From positions 2,828,436 through 2,892,435 of the forward strand of contig SMSO01000031.1 of the NCBI GenBank assembly GCA_004764695.1: a stretch of 64,000 nt of DNA. The letters are read 5' to 3'. The notes under the pieces were generated by a model. That model was not told the DNA's origin. It saw only the letters and a list, made by a program, of their open reading frames with translations, and ran no database searches. Position numbers and translations under genes: made by a program. Below, in pieces: positions 1-13,276 of the stretch (position 1 is its first letter; the number at the start of each line of letters is the position of its first letter). Source of the stretch: Schizochytrium sp. TIO01 (lineage: Eukaryota > Protista > Bigyra: Labyrinthulomycetes).

Positions 1-1
1 T

Positions 2-1849
2 GCGCGATCGTGGAGAGACGTGACGATCAACCAAACAGTTGCAGGTCGAGCTCAATGGATTCAGATGGACTCGTTTGTACCTGAGAGTGAAATTCCTGTT
101 GTGATGCACTTCATGGAGGTGGAGTCCGAGAGTGAAGCAGAATTAGAGCTCTGCAATTGCGGTTATAGTGATCCTTTGGTGGTATCCCAAGCCCATCGTC
201 AGACATGGATTTTGCGAGACCGTATTCTAGCTGCAGCATCGTGGACTGAGGTGAAGAGCGCAGGTCAAACCCTGCCTATGCAGTTTGGTAAGGTTCATCT
301 TCGTCTAGCTCCTTTGATTGTTGCAGTAGAGGATGCCCTTCTAAAGCGTCTTGCAACCTCGTTAATGCCAATTGCTGCAACATTGATTGCTCAACAGAAA
401 CTGTTGTTGAAGAAGAATGGAGTAGTTGGAAAAGCTTCACCCCGTTTGCCCGCTTCTGCTACCTCTGAGTGTCCAGCTCAGCTAATGGATGTGGACGACC
501 GCATATTTATTGAAAACTTGGTGATTGAAGAGCTGAGTATTATTGCAACAGTGAGAACAACCACATTGCCAATGTTTGTAGGAATCGATCGCACACCTAT
601 CAGACTATCAGAGGTTGCATTAGTGCGTGTTTTTGAAGGCATCAACGCGCTTCGAAATGAACTACTTGCGCACTACATTGCAGACGCCTTATTAGGATCA
701 CCGGCTTTACTTGGTTCTTTGGAGATACTTGGAAATCCAGTTGGATTTGCAAGATCTGTGGGAGCAGGCGTCTATGACTTATTTTTCCAGCCTTTAAAGG
801 CAATAAGGCACGGGTACGGCCCTGGTGGAATTTTACGCAGCGTTGCCCGTGGTTGGAGCTCTCTACTGATTCATCTTAGTGAAGGCGCACTCATGAGCGT
901 CTCTGGATTCAGTAGCAGCGTTGCCCGTAATCTAGATCGGTTGTCCATGGATTCGGCTTATGCGACGCGACGTGAGCAAATGCGACGGCGCCGAACTTAC
1001 TCGTCTGGTGGTCGGCAGGCGATGTCAATGCGTGTTGCTGTCATGCTGAGGGAGACACTGAATGAACAAGAAGAGGCGATGGGCTATTGGGCCACAAGTA
1101 ATCCAGAAACCAATTTCGAAGGCGGTGTTAGACATTTGCATGATGTCTCATCATCATCACGTGCTCTTGCTTTGAACAGAGATTCTCTGCGGTACGGAAC
1201 AGCGCGCGGTCTCGCCCGAGGTGTCATGGGCCTAGGACAGGGTATGTTTGGTGCTGCAACAGGTATTGTTGTCCAACCTTTTGAAGTTGCACAGCAACAA
1301 GGTTGGGGTGTTGGTAGCGTCCTTCAGGGAGTTGGGCGTGGTTTACTTGGGGCACTCACCAAACCAATTGGAGGTGCTGCCGATTTAGTAGCTCAAACCT
1401 CTGGTGGAATAATGCAAGACGCTGGGATCGGTTCAGCTGCAGGACCTTCGTTGATGCGAGAGCGAAGTATTCTTGCCTCAGTTCCACATCATTCGTTACG
1501 ATTCAACTGGAAACTCCTGCCAGAACCTGAGCGCTATGTACACCATGAACGTGCGCGACAATTAAGCCCACAGGCACGCCTGGTAGTAGTTGTTGTCACT
1601 TCAGAAATGCTCCGATTGTACAGTCTGCTGGATGGGACTGACACCTTGCCTTTGGCTTCCTGGAAATGGTCACACGTGGCAGCCTTGGAGACTTCATTTA
1701 AGGATGCTCAGCAACTTACAATTCGACTTCATCCATCTGTATCTAGCAAGCGTGAAGTAGTGCTCGTTTTTGCCTCAAAGCAAGACCGACGTCTCCTCGT
1801 GAAGCAGGCTGTGATGTACCAGCGGAGTGCTCACGAACAGCTCATGTAA
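2..1849 (+). CDS. VPS13B: VPS13B/COH1-like lipid transfer protein, C-terminal part (5' truncated by window edge)
   Basis: Frame is open from the window start. Motifs LLAHY..ALLGSLEILGNPVGFARSVGAGVYDLF and SSVARNLDRLSMD match the VPS13B C-terminus, followed by a Gly-rich ATG_C-like segment (GVGRGLLGALTKPIGGAADLV) and a PH-like tail. Confidence 0.85.
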   Translation, partial: ARSWRDVTINQTVAGRAQWIQMDSFVPESEIPVVMHFMEVESESEAELELCNCGYSDPLVVSQAHRQTWILRDRILAAASWTEVKSAGQTLPMQFGKVHLRLAPLIVAVEDALLKRLATSLMPIAATLIAQQKLLLKKNGVVGKASPRLPASATSECPAQLMDVDDRIFIENLVIEELSIIATVRTTTLPMFVGIDRTPIRLSEVALVRVFEGINALRNELLAHYIADALLGSPALLGSLEILGNPVGFARSVGAGVYDLFFQPLKAIRHGYGPGGILRSVARGWSSLLIHLSEGALMSVSGFSSSVARNLDRLSMDSAYATRREQMRRRRTYSSGGRQAMSMRVAVMLRETLNEQEEAMGYWATSNPETNFEGGVRHLHDVSSSSRALALNRDSLRYGTARGLARGVMGLGQGMFGAATGIVVQPFEVAQQQGWGVGSVLQGVGRGLLGALTKPIGGAADLVAQTSGGIMQDAGIGSAAGPSLMRERSILASVPHHSLRFNWKLLPEPERYVHHERARQLSPQARLVVVVVTSEMLRLYSLLDGTDTLPLASWKWSHVAALETSFKDAQQLTIRLHPSVSSKREVVLVFASKQDRRLLVKQAVMYQRSAHEQLM

Positions 1850-2704
1850 ACGTGTCCCTATGCTGTGCATCTTTCGCAAATTTGCTTGGTAGTAGCCAAA
1901 CATATAAGGAGAAAGAAAAATCTTTAAGAGAGGACATTAAGTGAAGCTTTTAATGTCTTGATTCATCGAAAAATGCAGTTGCAACCTTACAAACTTGTTA
2001 GCACTTTTAGACCCGTAACATAACTGGAAATTTTCTGATGTTACTGAAGTACCACAAATTAGACATTTTACTCTTGTTTGGATCAAGAGCTAGTGTACAA
2101 CATACGTTAGGAATCTTGAACTTCGTAAGCAACATTTTCCCTTTTTATAAATTTGGCTGCCAGTGAAATAACAGATTTAGAATGGAAAATTTTTATATTC
2201 GCATGGGCTCCACTCTCTTTTTGGGACCAGCACACGGGCACGTGAAAAGGAAATAGAGAAGAGAAAATTGAATTTATACTCTCACGTTAGGTCTTAAAAA
2301 AAAATCAAAGAATGAGAAAGGCAAAGCTCGAGAGGAGTCAACAAAATTTTATAAAGCGAACCGCCTACGTTTCTTTTGATTATCATTGCTCTTCCACCGT
2401 CAGAAACGGAGCTTGTGTATAATTTGCGTATGAAGAATATTCTCATAGATTGCCCGCGTCTACTGCTTATGGTTGGTGTGATAGATGTTGTGAATACGCG
2501 TGAAAGAGTCAACAAAGTTGTTCCCGAATCCTTGTTCTGGAGTTAGAGGGAAGACTATGGAACAGCACGTACGTACGTTTGTTTCTTTCCTTACTGAAAA
2601 TCTGGATCGGCTGACTGGAATTATACTGCGTCAGTTATCCCACCAGGAAGTCGTGGAATGAATGCCTTGACAACCAAACCCTGAGGTAGCGACATACAGA
2701 TAAA

Positions 2705-4309
2705 TTAGTCAAGCTTCTTGTCTCCAGCTTGGTCCTGCCAGAACTTCATGGCTCCCTTGCATACCTTTTCGTAGACCTGGGGAAACACATCATTCGGGTC
2801 TACCTTGCGCTTCATTTCGTCGTAGTGCTTATGGTTGAACATCGTACGGAATTCATCACGGCTCAGATAGCTCGTGGCGTACAGCATCTGGGACCCATGG
2901 ACATCACTGACGTACTGCTCAACAGCGCGGGAGGCTTTAACAATGTCGAACGGACGTTTCTCAATGCAGCTTCGGGGCACACCGTAAGCACCAAGGTCAA
3001 CATACATCTCATAGCCTTCCTTGTTAGTGTTGAGTGGCTTGCGGAGAAAGTGGCGATGCTCGGTGTTACCGTCGGAGTAGTCATACTGACGGTACGGGCA
3101 GCACCAAAGAGGGTAAATTTGATAGTGTTCCTCAAACACATCGAGTGCTTCAGACATCTTGGAGATGGGTACAAGCATATCCTGGATCACATGCTGTTCG
3201 TCATAAAGTTTCTTGATCGCGGGAGTCTGGGTAAGCTTAAGGAGAGCGACGGACGGGGTAAACCAGCCAAGCAGAGCACGGTAGAGGGGGTGGTTTCCGA
3301 AGGGGATGATCTGCTCGAGTTCCCAAAAGATCGCCGAGGTCCAACGGTGGTAAAACTGGCGCAGGGGGATGTACTCAACATGGGGCTTATCCGGGGATGA
3401 CATCTCGAGCATCTTTTCAACGTGCTTGAAGTACCAGGGCTTGAACCAGAGGCCAATATTGTTAACCTTGTCATTCTCAACCTCGCTAGCCTCGACCATG
3501 TTGGAGGTCATTACAACCATCTTCTCGGGAGAGTAGGAGATACCCTCAACAAAATCAGGGGGGTTCTCTGCGCAAGAAGCCTCAGTGAAGAGGTCGACAC
3601 TCTGCTTGCGGGTCTGGCAGCCACGGTACTCAATGCGAATGTACGGTTTGCATGGGATGACCTTGATCTTGCAAGATACAAGGAAACCAAGTGTACCGTA
3701 AGACCAAGGGAGAGCATCGAAGAGTTCGCGGTTTTGGGTCTTGCTGCATGTAACAACTTCACCAGATGCGAGAATGACTTCAGCCTCGAGGACGAAGTCA
3801 TCAAAGAGACCGTATTTATGGGAGCTGGCCTCGATTCCAGTGCCCATAAAGAGTCCACCAACAGTGAGATCATCCATTTCAGGCAAGACAGGGATAGTGT
3901 AACCATGAGGGATGAGATAGTGGCTGAGATGACCCATGTTAACCATAGGCTCGACGTGGACATACTTTTCAGCTTCATTCAGCTCGAGGATGTCATACAT
4001 GTTGATCTCGATGTTAGTGGCCACCTTCTTGTAAGGGCGAAGGCTAGGAGAAATTGAAAGCCATCCACCACGAGCAGTGCAAAGTTTTGTGCCAGGCTTG
4101 GCATTTGCAGTAGCCTGGCGAACTTGGTCAGATGCCTTCTTTACACGCTGTTTGTGCAGCTCCGGCGCAGAGTAGAGCTTCATAATAACCCAAGCGCGAA
4201 TGGCGAACCAGAGATCCCAAATGACGCTAATGGGCATGAGAAAGATGGTGACAAAGATGCCACGCTGCTCCGTCATGAAGTCCATTGCGAAGTCGTAGAT
4301 GAAGCTCAT
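2705..4309 (-). CDS. DHCR24: Delta24-sterol reductase (FAD-linked, DHCR24/DWF1 family)
   Basis: 534 aa. N-terminal membrane segment, FAD-binding motif VLPEMDDLTVGGLFMGTGIEASSHKYGLF, plus ALPWSYGTLGFL, QDMLVP and YPLWCCP. Confidence 0.95.
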   Translation of the reverse strand: MSFIYDFAMDFMTEQRGIFVTIFLMPISVIWDLWFAIRAWVIMKLYSAPELHKQRVKKASDQVRQATANAKPGTKLCTARGGWLSISPSLRPYKKVATNIEINMYDILELNEAEKYVHVEPMVNMGHLSHYLIPHGYTIPVLPEMDDLTVGGLFMGTGIEASSHKYGLFDDFVLEAEVILASGEVVTCSKTQNRELFDALPWSYGTLGFLVSCKIKVIPCKPYIRIEYRGCQTRKQSVDLFTEASCAENPPDFVEGISYSPEKMVVMTSNMVEASEVENDKVNNIGLWFKPWYFKHVEKMLEMSSPDKPHVEYIPLRQFYHRWTSAIFWELEQIIPFGNHPLYRALLGWFTPSVALLKLTQTPAIKKLYDEQHVIQDMLVPISKMSEALDVFEEHYQIYPLWCCPYRQYDYSDGNTEHRHFLRKPLNTNKEGYEMYVDLGAYGVPRSCIEKRPFDIVKASRAVEQYVSDVHGSQMLYATSYLSRDEFRTMFNHKHYDEMKRKVDPNDVFPQVYEKVCKGAMKFWQDQAGDKKLD

Positions 4310-7300
4310 TGTGCCAGTATTTCTTTGACTGTGATCTCCTTTTCCCCTGTCTGCCCTGCGTTAACCAGGGTTCAAATCTGAGGTTCAATGCCACCAGAGC
4401 CTTATTGCGGCTTTGGCAACCTGCTCATTGTTAATTTGGTTGCGTTGGCCAAGTCGTTTCATTTGCATGTACCCAAAAATGCCTCCCTGTTAGTTTTTGC
4501 TATAGGTGTATTTTAAAAATCAGTCGAAACACACTTTCCTTTTTTTCTTTTTCTTTTTTTCCTTTTCTCTCTTTCTGTTGCTTATTTTCAACACATTGTC
4601 TCTTTCTATTTCAATTATCTTGACTCTTGGTTTCCTTCCCTTCTGACACGTTCACATCTCTTTTCGATTGTGCAATAATAATCTTAACCTCCTTTGCAAC
4701 AATCTGGCAACCGCAGCAAAGGCCGTCCTCATCATCACATATGCGGCGCTCATGCTTGCGCCTTTGACAGCCTCAGCAATCGATCACGCGAACACGACGA
4801 GAAGAGAGGCGGCTAGGGAGGCAGAGATAAAGGGGCCTCCGAAAAGGGCAGTTTGCACCTGCGTGCGCAAGCGTCGATGGAGTGGAAAACCAGGAAGAAA
4901 CATAGTCCCGACTAAAAAGCTTGCTTGCTCGAATATCGCCACATGCGCCAGACGGAGGAATGAATGAATGAATGAATATACATGGATGCATATATACATT
5001 CGTCCGTTCTCCTGCATCTCCTCCTCTTCATGCACCGCCTCGGACAGGGTAGCGCATCAAGAGTAATCTAATCTGCTCTATCAACCATTGCGCCTTTTGC
5101 AGAGTGCTAGTGAATCATAAGCAAATTGCATTACTGTGCTGTCTCCTGCTGCTACCAATCCTACGGAATTATGAAATTTAATAAAAGACATGGTCTGCTG
5201 AGGCCAGAATTCCGGATGCTGCAAAGCTGCGCCCAGGTCTGCAGAGTACCTTCTCGCTCGGTCCTGTGCGTCACCCACGTCGATTGCAGTATCAAATTTT
5301 TGTGCATGTAGCAAAGGCCATGTGAAACGCAAAAAAGGCACGATATTGGTTTTCTGCTCCCATCCATAAGAAACATGAATAATTGGCGGATTCCAATCTC
5401 TTCGAAGCTCTTCCTCAGTACTCCAAAGAAAGAGGAGGCACTTTAATCAAAAGCTCATGTATTAAATGACTAGCGCCGCAGATTGATCGTCGTGGTGGAG
5501 ATCTCCAGCGCAAAGAAAGACACAACAAAAAGAAGCACGGAAATAAAGAGAGAAACAAAAGAAAAGCAGAGCAACGCAAAGAAAAGGAAGAAATAAAAAA
5601 AATATAAAAAGAAAGAGGAAAGAGAAAAGGTCTCGATTCCGATGGCTCATCGCGGCGCCATCGCCACCTGTGCCCAGGCCACTAGCCAAGCCAACGCAGG
5701 CTGACAAACTCGCACATCCACCCTTCGTCCCGGCATCCTTGCCTTGCTGCCACTCTTGCACCCCCCCCACGTACCTTGATCTGCGTCCGCTTGAACTCGT
5801 GCAGTCGGGCTGCAGTATTGGCGCTGCGGAATGGATTTGCTGCTCTTTCTCAGACAAACGTCTCCGCCCTGGCCCCTTGCTCTCCTTCATCCCACTCTTT
5901 TAATACAAGTATTCCCTCCACTATGCAGATACACTCTCTCTTTTAGATACTCGATGCTCCGGATATACGCAAGTTTACACCAGACCCGGTGTATCCCAAA
6001 CTTGGGAGAAAAGAACCCTGTGGTGCAGACCCACCAGACGCAGCGCATCCAAAAGATGGCGCAACCACGAGTGGCAAGGCAGGACATACTCGTATACATT
6101 ATTCCTAGGGGATCGGCTAGGTATGGGGGGTACGAGGGGTACAAAGCCGAGCTGTCCACGGAGCGAAGTAGAAAGAAAACAAACAGCGCTTTTTCATTCA
6201 TTATCCATGCATGAAAAGAAAGGGAGCAGAGCAGCAGAGCAGAGAAGAACTGCCTCCAATCGAGGCGGAGAAATAGTGTCGTCAGAACTTGCATAGACTG
6301 ACTTGTCGAAATTGGAGAGCGATTAAGAGCAGAGTGGAGGAGGCACCTGCTGCATTTGTTTAATGAGTCAATTAATTAATTAAACTGCTTTTTTTTTTGT
6401 ATGGAGAGGAAATTGTTTATTTGTTGTATGTAGAGGAGGGAGCAGGAAAAACGAAAGTTCGAGAGGAAAGAGAAGAAAAGCAAATTGAAAGAAAGAAAAG
6501 CCCTACCTAGTCAGCTACGTATTCAGGTAATACTTGGGCCTAGTGGTTTCTTCCTCTCCGGAAACAGGCATGATGAAAAAAGTGTTCTGACCAATCGAAA
6601 GAAATGGGAACGACCACATCGCATTTCATTGGTCGAGGAAAAGAAAACATGACAAAGATAGCCAGCGAGATAGATAATAGCTTGCGAACAACTACCCTTC
6701 CGATGCAAGCCTGGCGCTGTGTACCTACTTACTACTAATACTTATCTCAAGAAGGGATGAGTATTAGTAGGAAACTCTTGACGATTCATGAATAATTCAT
6801 CGTTGCATCATGGTACATTGCCTCTCACCTCTTCTGAGCTTGAGGAGACACTGCAGCAGCGTATGATGCTAACCTTTTCACTAGATAATAACCTAATACC
6901 CCTCATTACAATTACCTTGGCATGTTTTTTTAAATTGATAAAAAGAAAAGAAAACAAGTTGAAAATTTTATTCTAAGTTTGTTTTTCTACTTCAGAATCT
7001 CAAAACTTTGAACGAAAAGACTCTGTCTACTTCGGAGAATATGAATAACAGAAAGCGCTGTGCAAGATTGTTCCACTTAGAAAGATGAAGAAGAAGAAAA
7101 AAAGAGTACTGCATACCTACCCACTCGACGACTCCGACATCAAGAATTTAGAAAAATAAAAGAAGAATGATAACAATCGTCTAAGTAAAAATGGCCTGAA
7201 GGTCGAAGCAAAAAATGAGGGTGGCCTTACCAACACAGGCGGGTCTATACATCACCAGGGCAGCCTGGAGAGAAGGCAGACATCGCTCTCCCCTTCGAAG

Positions 7301-8039
7301 AGAGACGAGTATTGTCACTTTGCGAAATCTTGACCTGATCAGTCCACGAGAAGATCCTGGTGGAGTTAACTCTACTATGGATAGAACCAGTGGACGGCTA
7401 ATTTGTTCATCTTCCTTGGATTCAGGTTGAGGATCAACTTGAAGTTCGGATTTGAACATAGGTTGCCATGAGCATCTTGCGAACAACAACGAGCAGCAGC
7501 GAGACATAACTAATTCTCGATACCTCAGTCTTCCAGTGTGTGACATAAGGTCGGTGATTTTAGGTGTTTCGCGAATTTGAAGATCAACTTCACAACGAAG
7601 ATTGGATTGTTTGAAACATCAACGTTGGTTTCTGTGAATCTTGTAAGTTGTACCCTAATAACAGCCCAGTCAATTAATCTCCACCACGCAGTAGTAAGCA
7701 CACAAGCAAAACACGCAAACAAGCCTGCGCGCTTGCTTGGCTAAGTAACTATTATTTAAAGCAAGCCTGCAATAATGATGTACGAAGAACCTCCTCGGTT
7801 TGAAAGTGTTACTTACAGCACATAATAAGTTAAACTGCTGAGTCTAGTCGCCAGAAGTTCAACTTTGATGTGCATTCTGTCAGACTCTGTGCAGTTAGCT
7901 ACGATGTGTCGGAGCTGTTATATTCAATTTTTATTTCTAGCCAGAGCAACATGCACTTTAAGAAGTCTTCAGATAATTAGTATATTAGCCCTATAAGAAT
8001 CAACATGCCTCCTCGTGAGCCTGAGACATTTTAAACAGA

Positions 8040-8930
8040 GAAGACAGCTAGACATCGATCAAGCAAGTGAAACATAGCGGCTGTCTGGCTACATAAACTA
8101 CCATTCTTTCCAAATACAAATCTACCAATACTTGCTGAGTTCATTGCCTATCAATCAACTTTCTTCAGGAATTGTCATTGTTGAGCACACGATATTGAGC
8201 ACACGATATAGACCTTCATTGATTATGTAATCACAATTCTAACTACTCAACATTCCCATACTTTATCAAAAACTCCATCTTGTGATGGCATTCTTCATTC
8301 CAAGCGAGAAAGTTGTTTCGAAAGACTTGTCGTACCTCGGACCCTAGCCACTGGCACGATTGTGCACGTTTTGACCCGTCATGAAAATAATCATCCTAAA
8401 ACAATACTACTACCATTTTGAAAATTCTCAACTGTAGTAGTGGGGTTTTCGTGATTTCCTTCTTCTTCTCAGCGAGTCAAATAACATTTAATACTTTTAT
8501 ACTCATCGCTCAACACTGACTCTTCATCAGCAACTGCACAAAAGTCAATCAATCTTAAAATTACTCGATCAACTATGCCTTCTTTCGTTTCAGAGTCCAG
8601 TCAACCTTTCTTCCGCAAATACAGGTGAATCAATCTAAAACGCTGGAGCTGTTTTCCTCTCTCTGCCAGAGTTGTACCACCTACCAACATAGAACGTGAA
8701 GAAGAAGCAAGACTTCCACTATCTTCAGCAACTTGAATGCAGCTCTCTTCGCCACGATTTTGCGGAGGCTCTGCACTAACTTTCAAGTAAGATTGGATTT
8801 CCATACATTTGATGCAGGCGCTGAGCTTCTTCTGCTTCGGCTATTTCTGTCAATAGAGATAGTGTCTTAGCTTTGATTCTTTCCCTTCTTTGAGAACCTA
8901 CAATGATTTCGACCCTCCATAAAAAGAAAG
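8040..8930 (-). pseudogene. Possible decayed coding remnant of unknown family
   Basis: Minus strand gives protein-like stretches in adjacent frames broken by stops (…TLSLLTEIAEAEEAQRLHQMYG; RKKG*LDSETKEGIVDRVILRLIDFCAVADEESVLSDEYK; QWLGSEVRQVFRNNFLAWNEECHHKMEFLIKYG). No recognisable motif. Boundaries approximate. Confidence 0.25.
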
Positions 8931-11900
8931 GCAACAATATCAATGGTGGCGGCAAGGACGACAGCAGTAGCAGCAGAATCGGAGACGAGTCTCGTGCCGA
9001 CTCGATAGATTTGAGCAGGGGTTGACGCCACCAATGCCGCCCTTGAAGCGTGCGAGTGGGCCCCTCAGTCGGTCAGCAGCAAGCATGCGAGTCCCTTCAA
9101 AGCCCAGCTTCCCGATGCCAAAGGTACTATACGAAAGATCGCGGCTGAGTCCTCCCTTGTCGCGGCAGTTCGCGCCACTGATTCCATCTTCAGATCCTCC
9201 TCGAGAAAAGCCTCGGTGTCGCGGACGCTCGCATTTGGCCTGCCTCTAGCCTAGATGATCAAGCGTTCAGGAAGATTGGGGTCGCCCATCAATTGCATTC
9301 TCGATTTGTTGAAAGAATCGATGGTCTCTGCACCTCTGCGCTGCACCGCCGTCTCGAAAGCCTCCAATTCAAAATTCAAAATTCAAATTCAATTCAAACT
9401 TGTCGATTTGAATCTTTGAATATTGCGCTTAAGGCCCACCAAAGCAGCACCGGATTTGAACTATAATTAGCTTATTCCAAAAAACTCTTCAAATTTTGAA
9501 CTGCGGATTGAGAACACCACCATCATCCAAAGTTTTCTGATTTACATCGACTGAAATAGAATGGAGCCTCGCGTATCAAAGGAGCCAACCTAGGCCTTCA
9601 AGTTGCTCCACGCCTCGACTCGCTTCATCACCACAACTTGCAGCGAAAGAGCCCACGATGGAGTGGCGCACGCCCCTTCCTCTGAAATTCAGGCTAAACC
9701 CAGCGAGCCTGAAGAGTTCATCGCTAGGTAGTAAGTAGTAGGTAGTGAGTGTTCTCTTCTCGCTCAACAGAAGTCTCTGAAAAGAACGCATTGCTTTCAA
9801 TGAGTGGATGTAGCCAAGACCCCTGCGCGCTGTCCCCTCCGCGATGAGGCGGTTGCAAGGGACCATCAGACAAGAGTGGTGTGTCTTCAGAGAGGGAGAG
9901 AGGGTGGATCAAGTCAAACTTTCGACTGCAGCTTGGCGATTTCATGTCGAGGATGCTAAGATTATGTGTGTAACTAAATGCCTAGCGGCATTTACTTTCC
10001 AAGGACCTTGGTTAAGAAGAGAAGTACGCCAATGCTCACTTAGCGCGTATTCAGACACCAGCTGAGACATGCTTATTCGGTTTGGTTGTGCATTTTATAA
10101 ATTTTTGTTGCTAATTTGATTACCTCTATTTCACCTGATTAAAAGCAGTATTTTAATTTAAAACTTTAATAAATGAATAAATAAATACATATAATAATAA
10201 TAATAATATTCTAATTAATACATAAATCTAAATCGCTTTTTAAAAAAATACTAGTAGGTTTCCTTTATTTTCACACCCTAATGAAATGAAGTGACTTCGG
10301 CGATGCAAAGTGATTAATTGACAGATGTGCACATGAATGATGGCCTAGTTGACTGGCTGTTTGAAGGCTAACTGTAACCTCGAAGCGCATCATCCATCCC
10401 TGCTCTGCATCATGAAGAGTTATTGGTACTGTCTCCTTTTTTCATCTTTCCTCACTAGAGATAGCGTTTTCTTACAAGTTTTTTTTAATTCCCAAAGCTA
10501 AAGGACCAAGGCTTCATTTATAAAATAAATAGGAGATAAAAGTGAAAAGCTACTTTTCATAGATATAGATACCAACGTAGTATTTATTTTTTGTTTTGTT
10601 CTTTTATTCTTCCTTTCTTTCCTTAAGTTGGCTAGAAACACTTTCTGAGATAATCGCGACCAATGCGACGATGCGAACATGTGCGCAATCATGATTTTAC
10701 AACTTGCAGGTGGCAGCTATTGTCTGCTTCCAGGGCGGGTATACCGCAAGAGCCTCTGAAGCTAGAGAGACGCCTGGCTACTAGGTACAAGCACTAGGGA
10801 GGGAGCAGCTCATGATTGTCGTTTCGAAACAGAGCATCGACTTCTTCATGCCTAGGTCCTACAAATTCATGTCGTCGGATCAATCGATTGCATTACTTTT
10901 GCGAAATGACTTTTGTTCGAACGGATCCTTTCATTCATTTCAACAAAAGTACAAATAAACTTTGGTGCGGCATGCATTGCACTGCTTTGCACTTGCTTTT
11001 GCTACGTGTGTTTTCAAGTTAAACTCCTCCTGCAAACATTCCACGTGGACATAGCCGACGAGGATCCTCGGGAGTTATGACATTTAATAAGAGCTTGACA
11101 AGTTGCAATTAAAACCGCGTGGAGATCGCAAGCACATCTGTCGACGAGCTCAACGCGCCCATGAAGGAGGCTGTTGTGAATCGCTCAGCATCCTGCAACT
11201 GCAGCCTCAACATCATACTTCAAGAGCTGCCACTCTTGATTGTGGTTGTTGCAATTGTCGTCGTCGTTGTTCTTCTTTTTCTTGCTGTGGTTGGTTGCGT
11301 CTTTTCAGTGTGTTTATTTCAATTAAAACAAGAATCCCTTCTTGGAACGACACAGAATGGTAGAATTAAAAAAGCCTTCATGACCATGAAACACGATGTA
11401 TCGCAATCGCCTTGGTGAAAATATCAGGGTTAAAAACATGTTACATCCTTGCTTGAGACTTGCTCTATCATGCACCACGCCAGCGTTCGCGCTTTCGATA
11501 ACGGCAAACAGAAGCCCTGAGCATGCCTGTATGATTTGTACCACCACGAAGAAATTGAGGTTTTCTATAAACGCTGGTATCTAATCTACCTACCTACAAA
11601 CCTATCTACCGTTATAGAAGTTTAACTTCAACTTAATGACTTTAATTTAAAAATAACTAAAATAAGTGATAATGGTTTCAATTCGAGGGAGTTTAAAGCG
11701 AGCGGGTGAGTGTGAAAGTGAGAAAGTGAGCGGTTGAGATGATGACGACCGTGGCGATCTAAGACGAGATGTTAGTTCTACTTCACATTTATTTTAACTA
11801 CTCTTAGTAGTAGAGATATCATAATATATTTGATTGTATGATGTGAAATTATAAAAATAAAATAAAAACATGAAATAGGTATGTATACAAAGACATCGTC

Positions 11901-13182
11901 CATCGTCGCCTACGTGCGGCACTTCAAAGACTATGCAGAAAGCTAGTTCCATAGCTTTAAAACTTGCCGAATACATGCAAACGAATAGTAGAAAGCTCTG
12001 TAGTTGTTCAAATTTTGTGTAATTACGGTCGGCCTACATCAGATTTATGACATGGTCTAAGAGCGGAATCCGAAGAGGACTTGATGAAGTCAGTGAAACA
12101 GCGACTAAAACTCCTTCAGACTGGCTTACCACCTTAGTCTACATGGTGTAGCGGATCTTACCACTCTGCAAGCTCTCGCTGACTGCCCGTAAGCCACGAG
12201 CATGAAGTTCATGATGGCCAAAGATCAGACTCTAGCTAGGTATATCATATCACAGAAGATCATTGCGTTTGCTTGCGACCGGGCGCTCTTGGAAGCTACT
12301 GCGTGCGTCGAAGTATAAGTAGACAATGTGCCAGCACAAGTAGAGCAGCCAGAATAGTTCATTTGCAGAAGCGGACTATAAGTGTCTATTGCGCCAAAAA
12401 TACTAGCTTTTACATTTTTTATAATTTTTTTATTGAAGAATCAGGAAATCGTCTCAGCGGAGGAAGACAAGTAGACTTGCGAGGGAGGACTGGGACGACT
12501 CAGGCACCGGTGGTTCAGAGGCTTGAGCCTGACAGCCGATGCCGTGCTGGAATCGTCGCCAACCAATAGGCGGTTTATACGACAATCTTCTCCTCGACAT
12601 TTTAATCTTTTGTGTCGCAATTCTGCAGTTTATTTAGATCAGTACTTTTCGTTTCTCAAGTTTGGCTTTTGTGGTGCGCACAGGTCATCCGGAACGGTGG
12701 GGCAACATAAGAGAACTTGAACCGCACAGATCTAGTTGAATTTTGAATTAAGAGAGAGGATCATTGGCTTGAAGCGGTTTTGTGAACTATGATACCAGCC
12801 GTTCAGGAGCTAGCTCAAAGTTAGTCTATATCTAACGTTAGCCATCAACAATCGATTTTGTGGGCGGGTTAGGGATAGTGCCCATGAATTTGCGAAAGTT
12901 CACAACGATGACTAAAGCTACTATTAGTACCTAGAATTGAAACTGTGGCATTGAATCTATGTAGTATAAAAAGTAGCATTTGTAGTACAAAATGGATAAG
13001 GAAACAATAGGAAATGTATTTGTAGTGAAGATATTTCGTACTCAGGAACCTGGCCGCCTAGGCGGACACTACATTGGGCTAGGCCTACTGCACTCACTCA
13101 CAAAAATGTGGCAGGATTACTCGCTACCTTATATAAGAAGTAGCCCCCAAATATGCTGTGATGGCTCTCAGACATCTCCTTA

Positions 13183-13276
13183 ATATGTTTGGAAAACATG
13201 GGAACATATGTTTGGAAAACATGGGAACATATGTTTGGAAAAACATGGGAGCATATGTTTGGAAAAACTTGGGAGC
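13183..13276. repeat. Minisatellite, 4 x 23-24 bp (ATATGTTTGGAAAA(A)CATGGGAAC)
   Basis: Units at 13183, 13206, 13229 and 13253, head-to-tail with no spacers. Confidence 0.95.

Noticed and set aside
2729-4057. Long antisense ORFs over DHCR24 (and similar ones over RPIA, ACY1, SF3B1 and the kelch gene)
   Set aside because: Shadow ORFs caused by codon bias of the real gene; no motifs, mostly non-ATG starts.
4350-4395. GGTTCAAATC T-loop-like motif suggesting a tRNA
   Set aside because: No cloverleaf or D-arm could be built. No tRNA, rRNA or snRNA was recognised anywhere in the window.
8470-8804. In-frame TGA read-through (selenoprotein or alternative code)
   Set aside because: TAG stops and frame changes also occur nearby, there is no redox motif or SECIS, and real genes here use TGA as stop.
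11119-11418. 99-aa ORF with a long hydrophobic stretch
   Set aside because: GTG start; the hydrophobicity comes from a GTT/GTC-rich low-complexity tract.
13183-13276. CRISPR-like array
   Set aside because: Repeats are contiguous with no unique spacers, no cas genes are present, and the context is eukaryotic.
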